Shown here piece by piece: positions 38,601 to 50,600 of a stretch of DNA of 64,000 bases. The DNA comes from Squalus acanthias (lineage: Eukaryota), in assembly GCA_030390025.1 (NCBI GenBank), contig CM059432.1:60762001-60826000 (forward strand). The letters are read 5' to 3'. Numbering within the stretch: position 1 is the stretch's first letter; each line of letters opens with the position of its first letter. The position numbers and the translations under genes were made by a program. The notes below the pieces were generated by a model that ran no database searches, was not told the DNA's origin, and saw only the letters and a list, made by a program, of their open reading frames with translations.

Positions 38601-41600
38601 AGGATGTAACAAGCAGGGTGGACAAAGGTGAGCCAGTGGATGTGGTGTATTTGGATTTCCAGAAGGCATTCGATGAAGTGCCACATAAAAAGGTTACTGC
38701 ATAAGATAAGAGCTCACGGAGTTGGGGGTAATATATTAGCATGGATAGATAATTGGCTAACTAACAGAAAGCAGAGAGTCGGGATAAATGGGTCATTTTC
38801 CGGTTGGCAAATGGTAACTAGTGGGGTGCCACAGGGATCGGTGCTGGGGACTCAACTATTTACAATCTACATTAATGACTTGGATGAAGGGACCGAGTGT
38901 AAGGTAGCCAAGTTTGCAGATGATACAAAGATGGGTGGGAAAGCAAGTTGTGCAGAGGACTCAAAGAATCTGCAAAGGAATATAGACAGGCTAAGTGAGT
39001 GGGCAAATATTTGGCAGATGGAGTATAATGTGGGAAAGTGCGAGGTTATACACTTTGGCAGGAAAAATAAAAAAGCAAATTATTATTTAAATAGAGATTA
39101 CAAAATGCTACAGTTCAGAGGGACCTGGGGGTCCTTGTGCATGAAACACAAAAAGTTAGCATGCAGGTACAGCAAGTAATCAAAAAGACAAATGGAATGT
39201 TGGCCTTTATTGCAAGGGGGTTGGAGTATAAAAGCAGGGAAGTCCTGCTACAACTGTACAGGGCATTGGTGAGACCACACCTTGAGTACTGCGTACAGTT
39301 TTGGTCTCCTTATTTAAGGAAGGATTGGAGGCAGTTCAGAGACGATTCACTAGGTTAATTCCAGAGATGAGGGGGTTGACGTATGAGGAAAGGTTGAGCA
39401 GGTTGGGCCTATACTCATTGGAATTTAGAAGAATGAGAGGTGATCTTATTGAAACATATAAGATACTGAGGGGGCTCGACAAGGTAGATGCAGAGAGGAT
39501 GTTTCCCCTCGTGGGGAAATCTAGAACGCGGGGGCATAGTTTCAGAATAAAGGGTCGCCCTTATAGAACTGAGATGAGGAGGAATTTCTTCTCTCAGAGG
39601 GTCATAAATCTGTGGAATTCTCTGCCCCAAAGAGCCGTGGAGGCTGGGTCATTAAATACATTTAACGTGGAGATAGACAGATTTTTGCAAGGTAAGGGAG
39701 TGAAGGGTTATGGGGAGTGGGCAGGGAAGTGGCTTTGAGCCCAAGATCAGCCATGATCTTATTGAATGGCGGAGCAGGATCGAGGGGCCAAGTGGCCTAT
39801 TCCTGCTCCTATTTCTTATAATAATTGGTGCTGAGCTTAGTTTAGGAAGCTGTGTCCTGTGAGAAGTGCCCCAAACACCAAGCCCGCTGCCCTTTGTGCG
39901 GTCTCTCGGTTTGGTTCAGCTCTGACTGAGGCTCCCAGTTCAGAGTTGTCACCTTCACACAGATCTTGAGTCCAAACCAGAGTCCAAGGAGATAGGGAGA
40001 GAGATCGGGCCTATTAAAAGTGGCATTGACTGGGGAGCCTGGCTGCACCTTGTGCAGTGCAGGGGGATTCTGGCTGTCACTACAGGGTGAATATCAGCAG
40101 GTTATAGGATTACTGCTAGTAACACTTAGGATATTGGGGTGTTACACCTATTACTGCCAGTGACATATAGACTATCAGTGAGTAATTGTACTGCTGTTGG
40201 TTAATCTCAGTGTTGCCAATATTACTATTAGTTTTTGGTGCAATTTCAGTGAGTTTCTGTGGGCTGGATTTTGATGGGGTCAGCGGGCGCTATCGGTGGC
40301 GGGTCGGGTGGCAAAATGTTTTTTTTCCCCAGCGGGTCGGGACCCCGCTGTGAACCCGCCGCCACGTGCCTTCACCAAATGTTGGGTCTGTCAGCGCTGA
40401 GCGGACCCGACACATAGCGGCGGGTTCACAGCGGGGGACCCAATTCTGGCAATTAGTGGCTTGTTTAGAGCCACTTAAGAATGAATTTCAGCTCACCTTC
40501 TGCATTTGACAGTCCGCCCACGGGGTCCACGCTGGTTGTGGACCACGTCTGTCAAGCTGAGGCGGGAGTTCTTTGGCCATTAAATTGGCTGTTGCGTTGA
40601 CAGCTTCAAATGTACAGTAAAAGATCCCACCTTACAGAGATATCTTCCCTCAGCCACAAACTCTTCCTCACTGCATTTCCACAACAGATTCACCATTCTG
40701 CAAGTCTTTACACAAGTCTCCATCCGTCTGACCTCATTACCTCTCCCACCATTGACAGATCGCTTCTGCCATCTCTACCTCACCTGCCATCTATTCCATC
40801 AGCATGGGTGCCCTTTATACTCTCTCACCTTGGTCCTCAGAATCCCACCACGATCAGCTCCAACACCAGCAGCACCAGGTACACCAGCAGCACCAACAAC
40901 AACACCACCAACTTTCTCCGCAATCACCTGATGCTGCACAGGACAGAGGGCATCAGCACCCGACCACATTGCTGCCCGGGAGGCCAGGGATGGCCTCACC
41001 ATGGCCAGATTTACTTTACTTGATGCTGTACACCCTGACTGCCACATGATGTGCCAGGCTGGCACCACCCAACACCAACACCATAAAGCATCCCTACAAT
41101 GCCCAAGCCATTCCTTTCACACACCTCACCATTGCGGGGGGGTACAGTTATGTCTCACCATTCACTGCAACTCACTAAGCCACTTCCAAGGGTGCACACA
41201 AATCTGTCCAAGAACACAAAGTGTTCAAAATATAGGTTTCAATGCTTGACACCACATTAACAGAAACTTTACATGAACATTGGATAAAACACCCAAGTGC
41301 CTACCCTTGTGTGTTGTTAGTTGGTATGATTGCACTAGGATGAGGGTGAGTGTGAGGGGTGGCTAGTGAGATGGGGATGTGATAATGTAGATAGAGAGAG
41401 GGATGGGTGGAGGTGCAAGGTAAGTTGGTGTGAGTAAGGATTTGCAGGAGTAGGGTAGGGAAGACAGAGTGATGGGGATGTGATGAGAGGCACAGCAGGA
41501 TGAGGTTGAGTGTGGCTTTGCAGTAACGTTTTGTGATCTACTGAAATCATTGAATCGTTTGCGGCACTGCAGCCTGGTCTTCCTGAACACATCCCTGCTT

Positions 41601-44600
41601 GTGCCCTCCTCTGCAATGTGGAACGAGGCTGCGTTGATCTCCTGGAGGGGTCTCTTCCGTCCATGGGAAGGGAAGAGAACCTCCCTGTGTGCTGTGACTC
41701 CCTCCATAAGCATATGGAGGGAATCATGGGAGAGCCTGGGTGCAGCCGTGCACCTTTGTGCAGTGCTTGTCAGTGTTTGCAGCACCTCAATGCTGTAGAA
41801 CACTGACAGCACAAATCTCAAAATAAATTTGGCCATGGACCCTTTAAGGAAACCGGTTGATGACGCGTCATAAAATGACGACACCAGGCCCGCTTCCTCT
41901 AATTGGCCGGGAAGCGCGCTGGGCGGGCTTAACAAGCCCAATCTAGGGAAATGAATTTCAGAGGCCGGGATGGATACAGCAGCAAGGTTCGTAAAATCAC
42001 GGCCTATAAGTTAGTAGTGGAATCAAAGTTCCTTCCACCTCTGGTTTCCCTCTACGAATCGCTCCCCCACCTTTGATTTCAACTCTTTGCTGCCCTTGGT
42101 TTCCCTTCGTCGCCTGCTCATGGGTGGCTTCCTGGTTCTCAGAACATCTCACATAACAGCTGCTGGCACGAAACTACAAGCAGATATTCAACTGCAGGGT
42201 GCCCATTTGCACAACCTTTATAACATAAAGGCAGTAACATTTGCAGGTGTCATGTGATCAGATGTCATTTGATCAAACAAACCTCCAGGAATCCCTCCAA
42301 CCAAAATTGGCAACCCTACGCCAGTTGCAAATTCTGGCAATTCATGATTCTTTTTCCCCTCTGTTTTTGAAAGTTCATTTTTCTACTGTTTTTTGATGTT
42401 CTTTCTGTAATGCAAACAACTTTTGGACCAAGAGTGAATTCAGTGTGTCTATTCAGGCCTCTGCTAATTTCAACCTCTGATCATCCGTTAAGGGTGTGAT
42501 AAAGTGTTGTTGGTTGGGTTTTCTTCTCTGGATGGCCTGGCTGAGACTGAGACTCATGGAGGCAATAAACCTATATTATGTGTCCAAAGTGTTACAGGGT
42601 TTAGGAGCCCTGTATTATCTGGTGCTGAGGCCCGATGTCTCCAACATGTGCTATGTGTGCATGCTGGAGCAACATGTAGCACATTGGAAACCCACAAAAG
42701 AAATGTATGCAAGTGTCATAAAGGCCTCAATGTTTATGGAAATTAGGAGCCTTGCCATAATGTGGCTGGAGCTCCTGAGAAGCACTCCAGACAGTCAGAG
42801 CCCATTTAGAATGGGGACTTCAGGCAAGGCCTGTTAAAACATTTTGAACTTGCCTCCTGGGTGGCCGCCTTCTTCCAATGGGGCTGCACGTCATTTTCAA
42901 ACCTTGCCTCTTTAGCCACCCAAAAAGCTTTAGCAAAGAGCCGGCACAGATACAATGGGCCAACTGGCCTCCTTCAGTGGTGTGAGCTTCTATGATTTGA
43001 TGCTGCCACTATCTGCAACACACTCACTATCTGCATTATCACCAGCTTTCAACTCTATCATTTCTTTATCTATGTAATTTTAAAAAACCTGCAAATTGCC
43101 TTGGGGTTGGCTAGTAAAATTTGATCCAAGGCTTTGCATGCACAAAATGAAATAAATAAATTGTACTGCTTACACTTAGTAGCTAATTAAATAAATGTAA
43201 ATCTGTATTTATGCTCTAGTTCCAGGTTTGTAAAAGATTGATTCGGTTCAGATCAGGAAGGTCCAATGTGGCAGAATTAAATTACAACCCTGTCATGCTA
43301 AACTGGATCCATCCTGTCCCACTTCAAAGCAGAATAACAATTTCATATCAAGAAGTAGGAGTTTGCACTCTAAACTGTCACTGGAGTTATTAATCCCACA
43401 CTGTCCACACAAGAATGTAAATAAGGCTTTGGAACAAAGACAAATGGTTCAAAGAAACTGAAGACAAAGAAACAAAAAGCAAAAAAAAATCAGATGCTGA
43501 GCTGACGTTGAAAATCTGTATAAAAAAAAAATAGAAAATGCTGGAAGCACTCACATACATACTTGCACAGACATACATGCACAGGCATATACGCACAGAC
43601 ATACAGATGCACACTCATACACTCATACACACACACAAGGAAATAGAATGATATTGACACGAGACAGCAGGAGACATAATGAGAGAAATTAAAGACACGG
43701 GCCATAATTTTCATCTTCATTGCTTGGGTGATAATCTGGTGGAGCGCATCACTCATCCATTATAGAACTTGCCCATGTTTCATTCTAATGCACTCAATGG
43801 AATGAAAATGAGGTGAGTTCTATAATGGGCGGGCAACCCACACTACCAGTTTGCCATCTGAGCAGTGAAGATGAAAATTACCCCCATTTATGAGATACAG
43901 AAGAACGTGTGAATTGCTGAGGTGGTGGAGACAAAGGAAAAAGTAAAATATAAAAGAATAAAATGAAGTTAGAACAAATGTACACAAAGTGAAGTGTTAT
44001 TTTAGAATGTTGATGGGTGGCTCAATGGATAATGCAGTGAGATGGCAGAGCATGCTTTATTCTCTACTTATGCAGTGCTTATACTGTCTTGAGCAAGAGT
44101 GTAATGGAATGATTTTATGTTCAGTCCCAGTTCTACACAATTGTCACCAGTTATATGGTGTAAAATTGCGCAGCTTAAAAAGCATTCACTGTCTCCGTGC
44201 GCCATAGTGATGTTGTATGCAATAATGATGTTGTGGTGCTTTATATAGTTCAGTACTTCTACTGCCTTCTTTGTCAGAGACACTTGGCACCAATATTTAC
44301 TGGGGCGTACCTCGTGAGCAGAGATTGGGGGGTGTGGTTGCTCGGGGAATTTTGGCCGCATGCTGTGGAGTTTTGACTCCACGTCGTGTGTTTTTTTTTT
44401 CATGCAGGTTCCCCACCCGGAAGCCAGCCTGATTGAGAGGCTTGGCTCCCTGTCGGGCGGGGAACGCTCCAGAGGAGGCCGCAGCCCAGGAGGAGGTAGG
44501 GAGCCTGCAGTTGGGTTAGTAGGAGCGAGGAGGGGGGTTCCAGAACTTTGAGGGGAGGGTGAAACGATCCCTGGGGAGGGATCTGATCTGGGGGGGGGGC

Positions 44601-47600
44601 GGTGTTGGTCACCGATCCCGTGGGGGGTTGTGGGGGTCCGCTGGCGAGCAGGGAAGCAGGTAAGCTTGGTGGGTTGGGAGGAAGCACTCCTGCTCCTCTT
44701 GCCCCACAAGCAGTGCTCTAAAGGCACTTAACCTTTTCCACGAAGCAGTCCTCACCTCCCTTTAGCTGTCAGGTTTCCCAGCCAGGGTTAAACCTGGAAG
44801 ACAGGTTAAATATGAGGCTCGCAGCCTCATTATAATATTTAAATGGGAGCCAGTTGAAGGTGGTTTGGGGTTGGGTTAAAGATTTTAAAAATTCTTACAT
44901 CCCACCCGACCCCAACCCACCCATTTTTTGGGTTAAAATAACCCTGATTGTGATTTTGTTGCTCCAAAGGCAATAGTTTAGATACTGAGCATCATACATT
45001 TAAAAAAATACATGAAACAACGAGAGAGGTGCATCCAGAAATCTGCCTACGAGTATATACTGCATCCACATTCAAGTATATACTGCATCCACATTCAAGG
45101 AAAAATTTGTATATTGGTCTGCTGGAGAACCAGTTTAGACCACATGAGAAAGAGACTATGGGGGTGCAATGCAATTCACGGGAAAAACAAGCTGCTTCAG
45201 TTTCTAGTATACAGTATAATGGGAATCAGTTACCAATTGTCAATATATTCAGAATAACTAGTTATTGATTTGTAGACAGTGAGGACCTACTTCTGTTTTG
45301 TCATCCGAGCTGGTCACTAATCTTGTTACCAGCTTTGGTCAGAACAGAATAGTTCCTATGGGTGGCGGGGTGGGTGGTGGTTGTGAAGGGCGGCTTGTAC
45401 ACCCGCTGTTTGGAAATTCAAGAACTGGTTTTCCAGATTTGGCAAGACAACTCGATGAAGTGTTAGCTATGTCTAAATGGGTAAGAAACTGAGTTATCTA
45501 TCCTCTTTTGTCAACTGGATTCAAGCTGGTTAACAAATGATCGATTCTGCTTCTCACTTACTCTTTCTGATATCGTCAAATGATCTTTGGGTCTCTTTCC
45601 AGTTTTCTACCTCTTAATTTTTCTGTAAATGTCTATTGATTTCTTTCTGTGTCTCTCTTTTTCTGTTTACTTTGTGCACCTGTTTCATCTTCCTGTGCAG
45701 TTTGTTGTTTACTCTTTAGATTTCTCATGCAGTGTGTACAGCATGAAGTGATAAACTGCTTTCTATTTGCTGTTTTGTTGGTCTTGGCTGTTAAAGTGAC
45801 GGATTAGCAGAGAAGCTGAAGTAGTACATGCTCCTGAGCTTTTAAAAAAGAAAGTATGACTTTTAAAATGTCTTCTTTAAAAAGCATTTGACAAATCATT
45901 CTTTTGTCTGTAAAGGGAGAGAATAATTTTTCAACAGTATGATGCCACATGCAAACAATCATTTCTTTTTCTTTCTTTACCAATTCTCTCCAGCAGTTTT
46001 CTCCCCCTTCTCCTCTCCTGATAAGATTAACGGTCTGACTTCCCTTCAGTATTTGTCCATTGTGCCACACTATTCATGTGTCAATCTTGACAGACTAGGG
46101 CCGACTTTCCTTTTTGTTCCACCTGGGGAATGCTGAGCACCCAGTGAAGAGGAAATGGGCGTCGAGACTTATGGGGTTCATTTTCAACTTTGCCGCCTGG
46201 GCAGTAACCTGGAGCAACGAATTGCCTGCTCGTTGTAGAACCTAACATCAATGGAATAAAAATTGGGTGGGGGATCCATTCCATCAGGTTACCATCCACG
46301 CAACTAAGTTCAAAACTACCCCATTGCATCAGGTTTTCACCCCGACTACACCCTGTTGGGGAGGGTTTAAACTAATTTGACAGGGGGATGGGCACCAGGA
46401 TGTAACATTAGAAAGGGGAAATAAAGTGCTCAAAGGATTGGGAGAGGCAAAGAGCACTAAAGTAAGAAATAGTAAGGTATTAGGGGGTGTCAAACTAAGA
46501 GAGAATACAGGATGGTCTAAGATGGGTTTACAGTGGATGTATGTGAACGCATGAAGCGTAGTAAACAAGGTAAGTGAGCTGCAGGCACAAATAGCCTCAT
46601 GGGAATACGAGGTTGTGGCAATAACTGAGACCTGGCTCAAAAAAGGGCAGGATGGGGTATTAAATATTCCTGGTTATAAAGTGTTCAGGAAAGATAGGAG
46701 GTGGTGTGGCAGTATTGGTCAAGGAGAATGTTACAGTGCTGGAGAGGGAGGATGTCCTGGAGGGGTCAAGGACAGAATCTATATGGCTAGAGTTAAGAAA
46801 TAATAGAGGTGCCATTACAGTACTAGGTGTATTCTACAGACCACCAAATAGTGGGAAAGATATGGAGGAGCAAATGTGCAGAGAAATTACAGAGAGGTGC
46901 AAGAACTATAGAGTAGTAATAATGGGGGGACTTCAACTATCCTAATATAAACTGGGATAGTAATAGTATTAAGGGGAGAGAAGGGGAAGAATTTCTGAAG
47001 TGTGTTCAGGAGAACTTTCTTGCTTAGTGTGTTTACAGCCCGACGAGGGAGGAGGCATTGCTGGATCTGGTTCTGGGGAATGAGGTAGGTCAAGTGGAGC
47101 AAGTGTCAGTAGGTGAACATTTAGGGAACAGTGATCATCGTATCATAAGGTTTAGATTAGCTATGGAAAAGGACAGGGAGCAATCTAGAGTAAAAATGTT
47201 TAACCGGGGAAGGCCAATTTCAGTGGGATGAGAATGGATCTGGCCCGGGTAAACTGGAATCAAAGATTGGCAGGCAAAACTGTAATGGAACAATGGGCTG
47301 CCTTTAAAGAGGAAATAGTTCAGGTACAGTCAAGGTACATTCCCACTAGGGGGAAAGGCAGGGCAACTAAAGTCAGGGCTCCCTGGATGACGAAAGAGAT
47401 AGAGAATATCATGAAGCAGAAAAAGAGCACGTATGACAGATGTCAGGTTGCAAATACATCTGAGAATCAGGCTATATATAGAAAGGTCAGAGGAGAAGTG
47501 AAAAAGAAAATAAGAGGGGAAAAGAGAGGGTATGAGAATAGAATGGCAGCTAACATAAAAGGTAATCCAAAAGTCTTCTATAGGAATATAAATAGTAAAA

Positions 47601-50600
47601 GGGTAGTAAGAGGAGGGGTGGGGCCGATTAGGGACCAAAAAGGAGACCTATGCATGGAGGCAGAGGGTATGGCTGAGGTACTAAATGAGTACTTTGCATC
47701 TGTCTTCACCAAGGAAGAGGATGCTGCCATAGACATAGTAAAGGAGGAGGTAGCGGAGATACTTGATAGCAGTATTAGAAAGGCTGGCTGTACTTAAAGT
47801 AGATAAGTCACCAGGAGCGGATGGGATGCATCCTAGGATGCTGAAGGAATTGAGGGAGGTACTGGCCATAATATTCCAATCCTCCTTAGAAATGGGAGTG
47901 GTGCCAGAAGACTGGAGAATTGCAAATGTTACACCATTGTTCAAAAAAGGGTGTAAAGATAAACCCAGCAACTACAGGCCAGCCAGTTTAACCTCGGTAG
48001 TGGGGAAGCTTTTAGAAACAGTAATCAGGGACAAAATTAACAGTCACTTGGGCAAATATGGATTAATTAAGGAAAGCCAGCACGGATTTGTTAAAGGCAA
48101 ATCGTGTTTAACTAACTTGATTGAGTTCTTTGATGAGATAACACGGATGTTTGATGAGGGTAATGCGATTGACATAGTGTACATGGATTTCCAAAAGGTG
48201 TTCGACAAAGTGCCACATAATAGGCTTGCCACCAGAGTTGAAGCCCATGGAATAAAAGAAACAGTGGCAGCATGGATATGGAATTGGCTAAGTGATAGGA
48301 AGCAGAGAGAAGTGGTGAATGGTTGTTTTTCGGACTGGAGGAAGGTATAAAGTGGTGTTCCCCAGGGGTCAGTTCTAGGATCACAGCTTTTCTTGATATA
48401 TATTAATGACTCAGATGTGGGTGTACAGGGCACAATTTCAAAATTTGCAGATGACACAAAACGTGGAAGTATAGTGAACAGTGAGGAGGAGAGTGATAGA
48501 TTTCAGGAAGACATAGACAGGCTGGTGAAATGGGTGGACACATGGCAGATGAAATTTAACGCAGAAAAGTGTGAAGTGATACATTTTGGTAGAAAGAATG
48601 AGGAGAGGACATGTAAACTAAATGGTACAACCCAGAAGAGGGTGCACGAACAGAGAGACCTAGGGGTATGTGCACAAATCGTTGAAGGTGGCAGGGCAGG
48701 TTGAGAAAGCAGTTAAAAAGGCTTATGGGATCCTGGGCTTCATGAATAGAGCTATAGAGTACAAAAGCGTGGAAATTATGATGAACCTGTATAAAACACT
48801 GGTTCAGCCCCAACTGGAGTACGGTGTCCAATTCTGGGCACCACACTTTAGGAAGGATGTGAAGGCCTTAGAGAGGGTGCAGAAAAGATTTACAAGAATG
48901 ATTCCAGGAATGAGGGACTTCAGTTACGTTGATAGACTGGAGAAGCTGGGGTTGTTTTCCTTGGAGCAGCGAAGATTGAGAGGAGATTTGATAGAGGTAT
49001 TCAAAATCATGAGGGGTCTGGACAGAGTAGATAGAGGGAAACTGTTCCCATTGACGGCAGGGTCGAGAACCAGAGGACACAGATTTAAGGTGATTGGCAA
49101 AAGAACCAAAGGCGACGTAAAAAAAAACTTTTTTATGCAGCGAGTGGTTAAGATCTGGAATGCACTGCCTGAAAGGGTGGTGGAGGCAGACTCAATCACG
49201 GCTTTCAAAAGGGAGTTAGATAAGTATCTGAAGGAAAGAAATTTGCAGGTCTACGGGGAAAGGGCGGGGGAGTGGGACTAGCTGAAGTGCTCTTGCAGAG
49301 AGCCGGCACGGGCTCGACGGGTCAAATGGCCTCCTTCTGTGCTGTAACCATTCTATGATTTTACACCACCCCAGGGTTTCTGGGGCTTCCCCGACTAAAT
49401 GTAATTGTGCCTGCGCCTGCAATAAGTACAGACCCAACATAAGCGTCTAAAAGAGGCATTTAAGCTGTGACGCAAAAAGATTAAACACACTGGTGGTAAT
49501 TTTGACTTTTGCCGATAGTGTAAAACGTGCCACCCATTAAATACTTCTCCCGATTTTATTTCCCATTGAAGTTACGCACTGAGTTGCCAATCTCAGCCAT
49601 GTCTTTATTGAAGATGAGAAGTCGCACAACACCAGGTTATAGTCCAACAGATTTATTTAATTTTACAAGCTTTCGGAGCAGTTCGCTCCTTCGTCAGGTA
49701 AGTTTAGCAGTGAGAGAATCTCCCAGAATTCACAATTTAAACACAGACAAAATATATTCAAATCTTTCCCACATCAAAGAGCATAGCCAAGACAATGAGA
49801 TGTGTCCCAGGGGGTCCAACGTGTCAAACCACCTGCTGGCTGCATATCCTGTCAATCTGTGTAGGTTCTTGTGTTAGCCTTTTTTTAAAAAAAACACCTG
49901 GGAAGACCTGCCATGATGTCAAGCCACGTTCTGTATCGTGACATGAACCCGATATCGCGATTGAGGCCCTCCTCATGAGTGCGGAACTTGGCTATCAGTT
50001 TCTGCTCTATGATTTTGCGCTGTCGTGTATTTCGAAGGCCGCCTTGGAGAACGCTTACCCGCATATCCGAGGCTGAATGCCCCTGGCTGCTGAAGTGTTC
50101 CCCGACTGGGAGGCAACCCTCCTGCCTGGCGATTGTTGCGCGGTGTCCGTTCATACGTTGTCTCAGTGTCTGCATGGTCTCGCCGATGTACCATGCTCTG
50201 GAGCATCCTTTACTGCAACGTATCAGGTAGACAACGTTGGCCGAGTCACATGAGTATGTACCGTGTACCTGGTGGGTAGTGTCCTCACGTGTGATGATGG
50301 TATCTGTGTCCATGATTTGGCATGTCTTGCAGAGGTTGCCGTGGCAGGGTTGTGTGGTGTCTTGGTTGCTGTTCGCCTGAAAGATGGGTAATCTGCTGCG
50401 AACGATGGTACTTTTGAGGTTAGGCGGCTGCTTGAAGGCGAGTAGTGGAGGCGTGGGGATGGCCTTAGCAAGGTGTTCGTCGTCATCGATGACATGTTGA
50501 AGGCTGCGAAGAACATGGCGTAGTTTTTCCGCTCCGGGGAAGTACTGGACGACGTAGGGTACTCTGTTGGTTGTGTCCCGTGTTCGTCTTCTGAGGAGGT

